From a virus: a DNA stretch of 64,000 nucleotides. The notes below the pieces were generated by a model that was not told the DNA's origin, did no database searches, and saw only the letters and a list, made by a program, of their open reading frames with translations. The DNA is taken from positions 1 to 64,000 of the IMG/VR virus record IMGVR_UViG_3300027859_000006; one strand, 5' to 3'. The position numbers were made by a program, and so were the translations under genes. This document shows positions 29,215 through 40,402 of this stretch, one piece after another (position 1 is the stretch's first letter; the number at the start of each line of letters is the position of its first letter).

Positions 29215-32200
29215 TAATTACCTCCTCTGATATGGATGGCCCCGTTCTGGAAATCAATCATCATTTTATAGTTACCAGAATTACCTCCATGGTTGTATAT
29301 TCTGTCAACTTGAATTTCTTCAAAGAAGCCTTCGTCAGCGGCTATTGCTCTAGCCCTAACAGTTCCATCAGCAATAATGTTACCATTAATCTTTACGGCG
29401 GCTTCCCAAGTAGCCCCGTTCCACATATAAGTGTCTGTTTGACTTGGATTGCTTGAGTTATATAACGTTAGTGTGTCGTAGGCAAACACAGGCCCTACTA
29501 GGTCTTCTAGCTTATCATAAGCGTGAGAATTAGTACCTCCAGACCATACTGAAGAGTTTAAAGGGTTTTGTGTAGTACTAGCTTCATACCAGCCTGGAGC
29601 TCTCTGTCCTGTGCCTCCATCCTCTCCTGTTTCACCCTTGAATCTAGACCACGTGTAATCAGAAGGCGTATTGGATTCAGTAGCAGTAGTTTTATTATAC
29701 GCTATACCTATATAAGCTGTATTAGCTTGGGGGCTATTAGTCATGGGCGAACCGTCCGAATTAGGGCTGTACCTAATCCAAGTATACAGAGTATCACCGT
29801 CAGGACCTTGAGGACCTTCAACACCATCCTCACCTCTAAGCTTAGACCAAGAGTAGTTATAAATATTAGGGTTTTCTATTGGTGTAGTTTTATTGTACGC
29901 CAAACCTATAAATTCTTGGTCAGTAGGATCATTAGTAGTATTTCCGATAACTAGGATTTCTCGCACAGTACACCCATCGGCGCTAACTCCTGTAGGGTTG
30001 TAGATTTTTAGTACGTTATCTCCGTTAGCGGTCGTCATAGGGAACTCAAACCACTCAGTTGCTCCATCGGACGCTGTAAATCCATTACCTACTAAAGCAC
30101 CGTTTAAACTAACATAAATATTCCCTTCAGCATCTGTTAGTTTAAGTTTTAATACTACATCTTTAGCTCCGTTAGAAGTAAAGTTAAAGTCTACACCAGT
30201 ATCGTTATTGGTAGGTATTGCTTGAGTGCCGCTCCACTTATAGATACTAGAAGCGTACCTAATCCAAGTGTACGTAGTTTGACCTTCAGGGCCTTCTGGA
30301 CCCTCTGGGCCTTCTGGTCCTTCAGGACCTTCTACACCCTGAGGTCCTTGCTTGGCTATAAACAGAGAGAACACTCTATCATATGTAATAGTACCTGAAC
30401 CAGTGTCATAGGTAGCCCTAATAGTAATAGCAAACGTGTCTTTTGTAGGTACTCCGTTTGTAAGAGGAACTCCTGTAACTGTGTACGTACTTCCTGATAG
30501 TGTAACAGTACATCCATCAGCTGAAACAATAGAATAGCTAGTGCTAGGACTATTAGAAAGATCGGAAGTACCCTGGTATAGTTTGAACTGACCACTAGCA
30601 TCTGCTAAGTAGGGGTTCTTACCTTCACCATCTACTGGTACTGCTTGGTTGTCATTAGTAAGGTAAGCGTAGAATGGTTCTTCTAGACCAGCTATTTCAT
30701 CGAAAGACTTAACCTTTCCAATGTTAGTAAAATCTTTAATATTAGAAGTAGCCCAAGTCCCAGCATTAGGTTTGTAGTAAACCCTAACAACCATATTGTT
30801 GTAGCTAGACAATGCTCCGTTAGCTGTACTTATTGTAAGTTTCTTGGCGCTGTTAGGCGCTCCTGTGTACTGAGCACTAAGAACTTGAGAAGTGATATCG
30901 TTATCACTACCATCTAGGACTTGCCATACTAAGTTACTAATAAAATCGGCGTTACCATTAGTACTAGCGTTTAGATTGATTACTGTAGGGTTTTCTCTTA
31001 GGCTATTATCTTCACCCTTAAATAATACAATATTATTCGTAGCGGTTAAGCTAAGTGTAGTATATCCAATAGACCCTGGAGGTAACGTGCTAGCATCGTC
31101 TGGTAGTTCGATAGTAACACCACCAGATATTGTAAGGTTAGTACCGTCCCATCTAATGTACTTACTATCATCACCTAAGTCAAACTGGAAAGTGTTCTCT
31201 GAGGAATACCCAGCCCACATACCAGCCCCGCCTGTAGCGTATCCAGTTTTTGTACTAGTTCTAATACTAGGTGCTACTCCGTTTAGCCAGTCTAAAACTA
31301 CTGAAGCTGCAGTAATATCATTTATTACTGCTTCACCATCTATTTGCAACCTTTCTTGAACTGCATCGTAGATGAAGCTATCTCCAATAGTGACGTTCCC
31401 TGTGCCCGCATCGACGTGAAATGTCCTATACTGGCCTGCTTGCCCCCAATCTTTGTATGCGCTAATACCTTGGTCAGTAACTTGAATATTAGTAGATACT
31501 GGTGGTGTACTGTTACTTGGAACAACTTCAAAGTTAAGTGAGCCACTCGCGCCCGCAAGCAATACTACTTTAGAGTATAACCAATCTGAGTAACGTGTCT
31601 CTTCAGCACCCCAACCAACAGCACGTATTCTAAATGCGTACCTATTACCCAAAGGTATAGCAGGCATTGTAAGGTCTGTAGAACTCGCTGCTTGGCTGTA
31701 CTGTATAGCATTAGTCCAGTCTAGGGTAGATAGGTTGGTGGTATTGTTGATGCTGTCGTTGCGCACTCTCTGAATTTCAAAATGCCTTATTCTTCCAATA
31801 TCTGTTCCAGCCCAATCCCAAGACATTATTAGTTCATAGGTAGGAGTACCATCCCAACTAGTAAAAGCTTCGAAAGATATAGAGTTTAAGTTATCAGGAG
31901 CGGAAGCAGAAGATGCATATTCAATTTCTTGCAGAGGAAGTTGTAGTCCTCTATCACTTATGTCGGAATCGAAATATTCGATTGACGTTGAGCCATCTAC
32001 GAACGTCGATTTAACTCTAAATACGTAAGTCTTTCCCAATTGAAGACCTGAACTTACGCTTAGATTATAAGAGAGATTACCGGAATAAATGGGATTCCAA
32101 GTCAATCCTGCTAAACTTCCAGAATAATCTGTCGCAACTTCTATCTGGATACTGGAAACCCTAGTGTTCTCAATATTATCCGCTCCTAGTTCTAACACTA

Positions 32201-32693
32201 GATAGGGAGGAGCTGAATTGCTTAAAGAGTCAGGAGTATTAACAAGAACGTTAGTTAGGTAAGCTCCTCTAATAGAGCTAACTCTAACTGGGTCGCTGAT
32301 ATTAATAGCAGTAGACAGTCTCGAAGAGACAAGCGCATTGGAGCAAGTACCAAAGCTTTCACCTTTGTAGTTAATCTTTTTAATAGACGAACCAGCTAGA
32401 GTAGCCCCATCTGCCATAGCATCCACAACTGCCATTTCTATAACGTACTCTTGAGAGCTATCTATAGAGGGTATTGGCAGGTCAAAGAAGTTAACTTCTG
32501 CCTTATCAATTCGGTACAGTTCGAATTGAGTAGCATTAGTTATATAGTCTGAAGTACCAACAGGTACTACGTATAGATAACATGCTATAGCACTAGCATC
32601 GTAATCTACTAGGCTAGAGTGATTAACTCTAGCCTTATTACCTAGTAAAGTAACTGACACTATACTAGGGGTTTGTGGTATAATATTCTTCAT
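29214..32693 (-). CDS. pb4: Central straight fibre / pb4-like tail protein with FN3 domains and collagen-flanked modules
   Basis: FN3 signatures (YVFRVKS, YAFRIRAVG), GPE collagen triplets, C-terminal INGNIIADGTV...MIDFQNGAIHI; position after pb3. Confidence 0.7.
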   Translation of the reverse strand: MKNIIPQTPSIVSVTLLGNKARVNHSSLVDYDASAIACYLYVVPVGTSDYITNATQFELYRIDKAEVNFFDLPIPSIDSSQEYVIEMAVVDAMADGATLAGSSIKKINYKGESFGTCSNALVSSRLSTAINISDPVRVSSIRGAYLTNVLVNTPDSLSNSAPPYLVLELGADNIENTRVSSIQIEVATDYSGSLAGLTWNPIYSGNLSYNLSVSSGLQLGKTYVFRVKSTFVDGSTSIEYFDSDISDRGLQLPLQEIEYASSASAPDNLNSISFEAFTSWDGTPTYELIMSWDWAGTDIGRIRHFEIQRVRNDSINNTTNLSTLDWTNAIQYSQAASSTDLTMPAIPLGNRYAFRIRAVGWGAEETRYSDWLYSKVVLLAGASGSLNFEVVPSNSTPPVSTNIQVTDQGISAYKDWGQAGQYRTFHVDAGTGNVTIGDSFIYDAVQERLQIDGEAVINDITAASVVLDWLNGVAPSIRTSTKTGYATGGAGMWAGYSSENTFQFDLGDDSKYIRWDGTNLTISGGVTIELPDDASTLPPGSIGYTTLSLTATNNIVLFKGEDNSLRENPTVINLNASTNGNADFISNLVWQVLDGSDNDITSQVLSAQYTGAPNSAKKLTISTANGALSSYNNMVVRVYYKPNAGTWATSNIKDFTNIGKVKSFDEIAGLEEPFYAYLTNDNQAVPVDGEGKNPYLADASGQFKLYQGTSDLSNSPSTSYSIVSADGCTVTLSGSTYTVTGVPLTNGVPTKDTFAITIRATYDTGSGTITYDRVFSLFIAKQGPQGVEGPEGPEGPEGPEGPEGQTTYTWIRYASSIYKWSGTQAIPTNNDTGVDFNFTSNGAKDVVLKLKLTDAEGNIYVSLNGALVGNGFTASDGATEWFEFPMTTANGDNVLKIYNPTGVSADGCTVREILVIGNTTNDPTDQEFIGLAYNKTTPIENPNIYNYSWSKLRGEDGVEGPQGPDGDTLYTWIRYSPNSDGSPMTNSPQANTAYIGIAYNKTTATESNTPSDYTWSRFKGETGEDGGTGQRAPGWYEASTTQNPLNSSVWSGGTNSHAYDKLEDLVGPVFAYDTLTLYNSSNPSQTDTYMWNGATWEAAVKINGNIIADGTVRARAIAADEGFFEEIQVDRIYNHGGNSGNYKMMIDFQNGAIHIRGGN

Positions 32694-35600
32694 TTATATC
32701 TCTAAGTATGCCCACGGGCCGAAGCCTAACTGACTGTACCCTGGAACCTGCTTCCCCGGTGTAAGGGCTGGGTCAGACCTAGCTCTTACTTTTATTCCTA
32801 GGTTTCTAATCAGTCCAGCACTACCATGGTAAGCTTGATAATCATCCATATTGTTTTCTACGGTGTAGCTAAATCCAGTAGTTTCATCAAGAGTAGCTGG
32901 AACAATCCATTGACTGTATTGCTCACCTTCTTGGTCGAACTTAAAGAATATAACTTCGTAAGCGTTAGTAATGCTGTCTTGCGTATCCCACACTATATCA
33001 ATACTAGGGCCGAAGAACTGATTAGTAGTTCCTGGTACTCTGTTAGTTACATTTAATCCTGTTATAGGTGGAAGCTTATCTGGAAATAGCGGATCAGTAG
33101 AATTTAAGCTCTTAGATACCCAAGTACTAAACCCACCAGATGCTAACACAGCTCTAACTCGGAAAGTAAAAGTCCAATTGTCTGTCCTGCTACTAATGTC
33201 GTTTACGAAATCGTAAATCTTACCATTCTCGTCTAACCTATCAGGCTGAACTTGGATTGTTCCGCTAGTCTCATCAGGGTCTCCATTAGTAGGGCCTATA
33301 AACCATTGATACTCGTACCTTAGTATAGGTTGAGAAGCTGAAGGCTTCCACCTTAACAAGAATGTAGAGTAGTCTGGCTCTCCGGTAACTTCCCAAGAGG
33401 TTAATATCTCAAGCTGAGTAGGTGCTCTTACACCTATAACCGGAGGTATTTGAACATCAGTTCTATCAGTCTGGTCAATGTTACTATAGATTTCTGCATC
33501 GAAGTCTGTAAGGGTTAAATTAACTAGCCCATCTTTTCTAAGTGTTATAGCAGATACTCTAAGCTTTTCAGGCCCTGTAGGGAAGAATCTAGGATAGTTG
33601 AATAGAACGTTATCGTTGATCTTTAAGTAAGAGTATTTGTAATACGTAACAATGGAGAAGGTTCTGTTATATCTACTTCTCTTCAACTCTAAAGCTGCTA
33701 AATTACGTCCGGTGTAGTAGTTGGTAATATATGAGAACTCAAGTCTACCTTTCTTCTCAATACCATTATCTGCCTCTTTGTATCTAGAGTCAAAGAATAC
33801 TACGTTGTTAGCATCATAGCCTTTAGCAGGATCGGATATTCTAGCATCAATAGTGTTGTAACTATCTTTAGAGGAAGTATTCTTGGAACTAATAGCATCT
33901 TTTGTCTCAGTCCAATCTATAACCGTAGGGTTCCCATCACCGTCAGTAACCACATCATTGTTGTTCTCAACACTAAGAGTATATTTACCTCCTATGTAGT
34001 TAAGAGTACCGTTAATCTGAGCTAACATGCTACTAACATTCTTAAATACTGTTTGGTCAGTGCTAATGTGAGTGTTGCACTGGTACTTAGCTCTCGTAGG
34101 TACTAAGTTACCATGAGCGTCTTCATAAGTATTAGATAGCGTTTCCCATCCTAAGTACCTCCAGTACGGAACCCACCCAATGTCGTAAGAGTCATCCTCT
34201 TCATTTAGTAGTTGGGCAGTTTCCCAGAATGATCTTATATTAACATCATCCAAGTCTATTTGACCACCACTGTCACTAACTAGGTAATCTAGAAGCTGCC
34301 AGGCCATGTTTAGAGTATGGTCTGGTAACCCACCATTTACTGTTAAGTCTGAAGAGTCCCAAATATTAGGCTTAGAACCTTGAACTACCACTTCTATTTC
34401 TGGTAGCTCTGTTTTGTCTTCAGTAAGTTTAGTGTGTACTACTACATAGGCAGTATCTAGAAGCCTATGGTTAGTACCCCAATATTCCTCTCCAGGTGTA
34501 CTACCTTGCAATAAGAATCCTTGATTAGCTGCTATATTAACTAAGTCAGGGTCTGCTGTTTGGTTGTCCTTACCGTGATACACTGTAATGTCAATAGTAG
34601 AGGTTTCATCCTCAATAACATATTTAGTGCCGTGTATAGAAGGTATGCCTACCTGTCCAGTACCGCCTTCAGCAGCAGTTTCTAGTGTATGTCCAGCTCT
34701 CTGAGAACCTACACATATGGTAACTTCTGACTCTGCTTGTTCGTCAGGCTGTCCACAGATAACAGTTTTGTTATCTATGTATAAGTTTAAGAACCCGTCG
34801 ATTTCTCCTTCACATACAGTGTACACTGCGTATACCTCTGAAGGGTCACTAGCATCTACACCTGCAAATACAGGATGTAGTGGAAGTCGTCTAACTCCAT
34901 ACACTTTAGGCAGATAAGCAGCAGATAAGTTAAATCTTAGGTCTATTTCCCTAGTAACCTCTACTTCATACTCTACTAGACGTTTCATACCTGCTAGACC
35001 AGCTAAACCACCACGCTTTTTCATCTTATAGCGAGTCTCTTTAGCCTTATATTGGGCTTCTAGGTTAATAGCTGTGTTAGCATGCATAAAGCCTAAATCT
35101 GATGTGTGTGCTGGCTTTCTAGCAACTGTAGGGTCTGGTAAGTCTTCAAATACTCCAGGTGAAGTTTCGACACTTACTAAGCCTCGATGGGCGGTATCAT
35201 CGGCCAACCTACCTGTAACATTTTGGAAGTAAGCAAAATGGTTAGCAGCCTCCCATGTAACCTCTGACGACCCGCGTTGTACTGCCTCTTTAACAGATAT
35301 GTCTGTTATAATACCTTTAAAGTATTTAAGAGGGCCACCGTCTACATCCATGTCTATAATGTTACCATCATCGTCTAGGAATGCTCTGTAGATAGTGATT
35401 TTCTTGTGTACATAACTAACGTCGTTGGGTTGTTTTAATGCTCTGTCCAGTTCTTCTTGCCACTCACCCGCGACAGTTATAGAAATAGAGTTTACCTTGA
35501 TTCCTTGGTCTTCCTTAATATCACTAATTCGAGAAATTCTATTAGTAAGGTAAGTAACACCATTGTACTCTATAGGTGCCCCATAGTCGGTATAGTAACC

Positions 35601-35720
35601 ACTAACAGATTCACCTTCGATTGTAGGTAACTCAAGCTCTACAAGGTGAGCAATCGTAACATTTGGTTTAGTAGCTAAATACTGCAATGCAGCGTTACTA
35701 TATCCTCTATGAGTAGTCAT
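32694..35720 (-). CDS. pb3: Baseplate hub protein
   Basis: AHLVELELP, YLPKVYG, VCEGEIDG, C-terminal FN3 domains; synteny. Confidence 0.85.
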   Translation of the reverse strand: MTTHRGYSNAALQYLATKPNVTIAHLVELELPTIEGESVSGYYTDYGAPIEYNGVTYLTNRISRISDIKEDQGIKVNSISITVAGEWQEELDRALKQPNDVSYVHKKITIYRAFLDDDGNIIDMDVDGGPLKYFKGIITDISVKEAVQRGSSEVTWEAANHFAYFQNVTGRLADDTAHRGLVSVETSPGVFEDLPDPTVARKPAHTSDLGFMHANTAINLEAQYKAKETRYKMKKRGGLAGLAGMKRLVEYEVEVTREIDLRFNLSAAYLPKVYGVRRLPLHPVFAGVDASDPSEVYAVYTVCEGEIDGFLNLYIDNKTVICGQPDEQAESEVTICVGSQRAGHTLETAAEGGTGQVGIPSIHGTKYVIEDETSTIDITVYHGKDNQTADPDLVNIAANQGFLLQGSTPGEEYWGTNHRLLDTAYVVVHTKLTEDKTELPEIEVVVQGSKPNIWDSSDLTVNGGLPDHTLNMAWQLLDYLVSDSGGQIDLDDVNIRSFWETAQLLNEEDDSYDIGWVPYWRYLGWETLSNTYEDAHGNLVPTRAKYQCNTHISTDQTVFKNVSSMLAQINGTLNYIGGKYTLSVENNNDVVTDGDGNPTVIDWTETKDAISSKNTSSKDSYNTIDARISDPAKGYDANNVVFFDSRYKEADNGIEKKGRLEFSYITNYYTGRNLAALELKRSRYNRTFSIVTYYKYSYLKINDNVLFNYPRFFPTGPEKLRVSAITLRKDGLVNLTLTDFDAEIYSNIDQTDRTDVQIPPVIGVRAPTQLEILTSWEVTGEPDYSTFLLRWKPSASQPILRYEYQWFIGPTNGDPDETSGTIQVQPDRLDENGKIYDFVNDISSRTDNWTFTFRVRAVLASGGFSTWVSKSLNSTDPLFPDKLPPITGLNVTNRVPGTTNQFFGPSIDIVWDTQDSITNAYEVIFFKFDQEGEQYSQWIVPATLDETTGFSYTVENNMDDYQAYHGSAGLIRNLGIKVRARSDPALTPGKQVPGYSQLGFGPWAYLEI

Positions 35721-36364
35721 TATAGAACCGTACCTCTAAGTGCTAGAGAAAAGCCTTGCACTAGTCCTGAGGCAGTGACCTCTTCGCGAGGCTTATCTCC
35801 TACTAGTACGCATTTAAATTTAATTTCATTTGGCTCAAGCTCAGTGGTATTATCAATAGGACTGTCTATTACACAATGTAGTGTGTAACGCACGGAAGTA
35901 CTAATGTTCTCTACCTTGATAACTTTATAGATTCTATCGTTACCTGATAGTTTTAAGTAATCCCCTGCCACTAGAGTACCTCCTAAGGACGTTCTATTAG
36001 CTACCTCTATAGTTTGAGCATTAATTTTTGTTATGAGACCCTGCCCAAGTTGAGGGCCAGATCCTACCCAAGCCCCGTTTTTAGGATTCGCTCTGTCAGG
36101 AAACCTGACATAGAACCTTGACGCCGAGCCTTGTAAAGAACTAAGAAAAACCCCTAGTTCGTTGTAAGTTTCAGGCAACATACTGTTGTATGATAAGCTG
36201 ATGTTCCAGTAGTTCCCACCTTGGTAAACTGCAATTGTAGAACCCCCGTTTAGTTCCGTTGATTGAACAGGTGCAATATCGTATATTGTCTGAGATGCCC
36301 AACCCGGCCCTACAGGTGTAGTAGTGGGGTCTGGCAATTGTGGAATTGATGTATTGTAAGCCAC
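35720..36364 (-). CDS. pb9: Distal tail protein (Dit)
   Basis: LPDP...GPGW...YWNISLSY; RBS AAGGAGG with GTG start; synteny. Confidence 0.85.
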   Translation of the reverse strand: MAYNTSIPQLPDPTTTPVGPGWASQTIYDIAPVQSTELNGGSTIAVYQGGNYWNISLSYNSMLPETYNELGVFLSSLQGSASRFYVRFPDRANPKNGAWVGSGPQLGQGLITKINAQTIEVANRTSLGGTLVAGDYLKLSGNDRIYKVIKVENISTSVRYTLHCVIDSPIDNTTELEPNEIKFKCVLVGDKPREEVTASGLVQGFSLALRGTVL

Positions 36365-36391
36365 GAGTTACCTCCTTAATTTGTACTTACT

Positions 36392-36419
36392 ATTATACGC
36401 AATAAACAAGTTTTGTCAA
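36392..36419 (-). promoter_or_regulatory. Late sigma-70-type promoter for the tail tip genes
   Basis: TTGACA-16-TATAAT on the minus strand. Confidence 0.75.
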
Positions 36420-36450
36420 TACCTAACTTCGCATATTTTTTAAAGGCACA

Positions 36451-36480
36451 AAAGAAAAAAGCGCAGGGATAACCCTACGC
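36451..36480 (-). terminator. Terminator after the tape measure gene
   Basis: GCGTAGGG-TTAT-CCCTGCGC-TTTTTT. Confidence 0.8.
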
Positions 36481-39400
36481 TTCTAAAGATGCCAAAGTGA
36501 AACCTTTGGAGTTGGCCGCTCTTTCTAGAGCTTCCCAAATGTCGTCTGACCTATCAACAATACTTTGACTATCTAGAGCTGTAATGTTTAGGTTAAGATT
36601 GTTTTTGGTAACTGGTTTAGACTCAGTTTCAGATTCTGATGCTGGTTTAACGTATAATGGTTGAGTTGGAACAATTTGCTCTGCTCCTCTCTCACCTACA
36701 GTTATAGAACCACCACCTGATCTACCAGGAGTAAAGTTATTAGCCCCTGTACCGAATCCAGACTCTCCACGTAAATAGGATAGCTCACCCATAGATGCTC
36801 CCATAGAAGTATCTACAGCATTGTTTCTAGAACCTACTGAAAGTGATAAGCCTCCAGTGTCTGCGTCTAATGCTGCTAATTGTCCAGCGGATGCTTTCTT
36901 AATGTTGTTAACTTGCATTAACCCCATAGCACCTATAGCTGCTGACATAGCAATGTTCGCAGGGAACGGAACTTCTGCCATTGTTTTCATAATAGCAAGT
37001 GATGTAGACATAGCAGTTTGAGCAATACTAGACTTCTCTTTCTCTTTAATCTTTTTCTTCTCTAAGGCTCTAATCTTAGCTAAGGATTCTTGAGATTTAC
37101 CGTCACGTTTTTTCTCTGCCGCAATTTGGTTGTCTATATCAGTAATGATACCTTGAGTCATTTCACTAAATAGTGAGGACGCCATTGTACCTACTGCTAT
37201 TATACTATCTGAGAAGTCAGATAACGCTAGTTCCTGACCGCTTGCTACTAGCTCAGTAACGTTAGTCATAGTGTCTGCAATAGTTCCAGACATAGCTATA
37301 AATTCGTTCTGTAAGCTTGTTAGGCCAGGTACTGAACCTGCTACTTCAGAAATAGCAGAACCTATTTCTCTATAAGCAGCTGCCTCTTCCTTGGCTAGGG
37401 CTATTCTTTCGGCTGCGTCAGCTGCCATAACCTCTGCGGATAGAACTTGAAGTTGTTGTGGGTCAGCTTTGTTTATTTGAGCTTCTCTAAGTTTAGCACG
37501 CGCAACATTTAAGTCTAGAGTAGCTTGTGCGGAAGCTCTAGCTGCCTCGGTCTCTTCGTTAAGTCTTCTATTTCCCAAGGACTCTCTGTTTCTAGCAGTA
37601 TTATCCATGATAGAGTTTATTGAAGAATCTGCTTCGGCTTGTCTTAAAGCTGCTTGAGCCTTGGCTAACTCTTTGTAGTACCTAACTTCATCTTTAAGTA
37701 AGTCAACTTTACTCTGTTGAAGTATTTCCGCCTCAGTTTGAGTACTGCTTAGTGCTTTCATAGTAGCCAGTAGCTTATCTTCCGCATCTAGTTCTTGCTG
37801 TATCAGTTCATACTTATCCCTGTATACTCCTAAACCTGCGGATTCAAATCTGTTAGCTGCTAAAGTATTGTTAAGCTTAACTTGGTTAATCTTCTCTAAC
37901 TGCTTTTGGTACTCAATCTGCTTCTCTAGTAAGTAGATTTCGTTGCGCTTCTCTCTCATAGCTTCAACATTCTTCTTATCTGCTTTATCCATAAAGTCTA
38001 GAAGATTTTTTTGAATGTCTAACTGTGACTCTAGTCCTTGTAGCTGAGAGTTTCCTTGTAGCGTGTTATCTAGAGCTGCTGCTGATAATGTAACGGATAA
38101 GTCTCTAACTTTTTCGTTTAACTTTTCAGCATACTCGTACAGTTCGTCAAAGCTATTTATAGTAGCATCTAACCCTAAAGATTTAGATATTTTTTCAAAC
38201 TCTTCTCTAGTTTTAGCAGTTACTACTCCAATACCCTGTATTACTGTAGGTATATTAGCTTCTCTAAGGCTCATAGCAGTCTTGACAAATTCGGACATAG
38301 GCCCACTTACTTGCTGAGAACTATTTGCTAAAGATTCCATATCTCTAGCTGCAATCTCAAAGTCTCTGTTAAATGCTATGATAGCTGCTCCCATTTCAGC
38401 TATTTTATCATCGCTGAAACTGGACACTGCAATTCCTGCTTCCCCTAGGACTTTATAGTAGTCGCGAAGTGACGTGGTTGCGGCGTCTACCGTAATTTTT
38501 TGTCTCTCTAGTGCTTGTTCAGTATTGTCCAGCCCTGGGATTAGCCCTACTAAGCTATTAGACAATTCTTTAATTTCATCAGAGAATACATATAATAAAC
38601 TACCTATAGCGGCGGTAGCTATTAAGAATAGTGGATTGGTTAGCATTGCTACTGTTGCTGCTTTAACCGCAGATCCTATAGCAACAAATCCACCGGCTAT
38701 AGCTGCTAATGCAATAGGTATTCTACCTGCTGAAAGAACGGTTAGAGCTATAGCATTGGCTCTAGCTGCATTAGTTAGTCCTACAACCGCTTTAGTAGCA
38801 GTTACAACTGCTGGAGTTAGTGCTGAGATTAGCGTTCTAGTAGCATATACTGTAGTAATGGCTACTAGAGCTTGCATAGCTATGGTAACGTTTTCAACAG
38901 TAGATTTTGACTTTTCTATATGTTCGGAAGTATCTTCGGTTATACTACCTAGCTCTTTAGTAGATTTACTAAGTTCGGAAGCAGCAACCAGAGCCTGACC
39001 CCAGTGTTCGCCTTCTAGAGCATTTTTAAGAGTGTCTTGGGACTCTACTACATCATCGGTAGCAGCCTTAAACTTATTAGTCTGGTTTATTGTGGTTAAC
39101 AGAGAAGTCCCAACTTTTGCTAAAGGCTCTAATATCCTAGAAAGCCCTACTAGCATGTTGTCAATAGCGTTCTTCGCTGCAACACCTAGTTCTTCCCATT
39201 TAGTAGCTCCCGCATCAATACCGGAGAATCTAGTATCTAACTGGCGTTGAACCTCGTTAGTTAGTGCTAGCTGACGTTCGTAATCAGATAATTCGTCTAC
39301 GGTTTTATCCACCGTTTTAGCATATGCTTCAAAAGCTGGTGTCAATCTTGTAACAACACCTAGTTCGTCAAATAGTTCAATCTCTTGTTTAGATATACCG

Positions 39401-40386
39401 CGAAGTACCCTGTCCATAGAGTCATTGAAATCTCTACCTAGTGCGATTGACGCTTTACGTGCCCCTACTGTTAAGTTCTCTAACTGTTCCGCAGTAAAGT
39501 TAAATGCAGCACCTTTAGTAGCAAATGACATACTTTCCCTAACTGACAATGCGCCTTGAGAAAGCTCTGACATATCTCTAGCTAGACCTTTAACGTTAAT
39601 ACCTGAAACGGCTGCCGAGAAGCTAGCTGTTTGAGTCATTAGTCTGTCGAAGTTAGCAGCTTCATTTAGTACCCTAAATGCTTCTGAAACTGCGTAAACG
39701 TTAATAGCTATACTAGCGTACGCAGATGTTAAAGGGTTCATAGAGAACGCTAGTTCACTAAAAGCCCTCTTCTGGTTTCTTCCACTACCTGCTAAACCTC
39801 TAGCAGAGTTATTGAAACTTTCTTGGTTTTGGGTAGCTTTGCCCACGGATTTACTGTATTCGTTCATAGCTTGAGCAGAAGCTTGAGTTGCATCCCTAGT
39901 AGTCTTTAAACGTTTAGCAGTTTTACCAGTACTCTCTTCCATAGCTTCTAGTAATATGTTGGATATTCTTGCACGTTCTCCAATGTTGTTTAACGCTACT
40001 ACTACTTGATTTAACGTTTTTTCTAAGGACTGCATCCCTACTGCCCCTGTAGTGCTATCGTTTACGCTTTTAAGCGACTTGGCAGCACTAGATGCTGTTT
40101 TGTTAACCATGTCTAGTGTTTTGTTAACTTCTTGCATCCTTTTCTGGTAGGTTTCCAATCCTTTGGTTTTTATCTTATTAGCACTCATAGAGGAGTTAAT
40201 AGTTTTCATACTATTAGACATTGACTCTAATGCGGTGTTAATGGACTTGAAACTTCTACCAGACCCTTTGACTGTTTCTATAACAGCTTTAAGGTTTTCA
40301 TTAAGCTTACCAGACTCACGAGCAGCAGCGGTAATATCCTTACCACTTACTTTAATCATTATGTCTCTTATATTTCGTTGTGCCAT
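36475..40386 (-). CDS. pb2: Tape measure protein
   Basis: 1303 aa helical Ala-rich protein, central hydrophobic segments, KQEIELFDELG, C-terminal VGERGAEQIVP. Confidence 0.9.
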   Translation of the reverse strand: MAQRNIRDIMIKVSGKDITAAARESGKLNENLKAVIETVKGSGRSFKSINTALESMSNSMKTINSSMSANKIKTKGLETYQKRMQEVNKTLDMVNKTASSAAKSLKSVNDSTTGAVGMQSLEKTLNQVVVALNNIGERARISNILLEAMEESTGKTAKRLKTTRDATQASAQAMNEYSKSVGKATQNQESFNNSARGLAGSGRNQKRAFSELAFSMNPLTSAYASIAINVYAVSEAFRVLNEAANFDRLMTQTASFSAAVSGINVKGLARDMSELSQGALSVRESMSFATKGAAFNFTAEQLENLTVGARKASIALGRDFNDSMDRVLRGISKQEIELFDELGVVTRLTPAFEAYAKTVDKTVDELSDYERQLALTNEVQRQLDTRFSGIDAGATKWEELGVAAKNAIDNMLVGLSRILEPLAKVGTSLLTTINQTNKFKAATDDVVESQDTLKNALEGEHWGQALVAASELSKSTKELGSITEDTSEHIEKSKSTVENVTIAMQALVAITTVYATRTLISALTPAVVTATKAVVGLTNAARANAIALTVLSAGRIPIALAAIAGGFVAIGSAVKAATVAMLTNPLFLIATAAIGSLLYVFSDEIKELSNSLVGLIPGLDNTEQALERQKITVDAATTSLRDYYKVLGEAGIAVSSFSDDKIAEMGAAIIAFNRDFEIAARDMESLANSSQQVSGPMSEFVKTAMSLREANIPTVIQGIGVVTAKTREEFEKISKSLGLDATINSFDELYEYAEKLNEKVRDLSVTLSAAALDNTLQGNSQLQGLESQLDIQKNLLDFMDKADKKNVEAMREKRNEIYLLEKQIEYQKQLEKINQVKLNNTLAANRFESAGLGVYRDKYELIQQELDAEDKLLATMKALSSTQTEAEILQQSKVDLLKDEVRYYKELAKAQAALRQAEADSSINSIMDNTARNRESLGNRRLNEETEAARASAQATLDLNVARAKLREAQINKADPQQLQVLSAEVMAADAAERIALAKEEAAAYREIGSAISEVAGSVPGLTSLQNEFIAMSGTIADTMTNVTELVASGQELALSDFSDSIIAVGTMASSLFSEMTQGIITDIDNQIAAEKKRDGKSQESLAKIRALEKKKIKEKEKSSIAQTAMSTSLAIMKTMAEVPFPANIAMSAAIGAMGLMQVNNIKKASAGQLAALDADTGGLSLSVGSRNNAVDTSMGASMGELSYLRGESGFGTGANNFTPGRSGGGSITVGERGAEQIVPTQPLYVKPASESETESKPVTKNNLNLNITALDSQSIVDRSDDIWEALERAANSKGFTLASLEA

Positions 40387-40402
40387 TAATTATTACCTTA
40401 TA

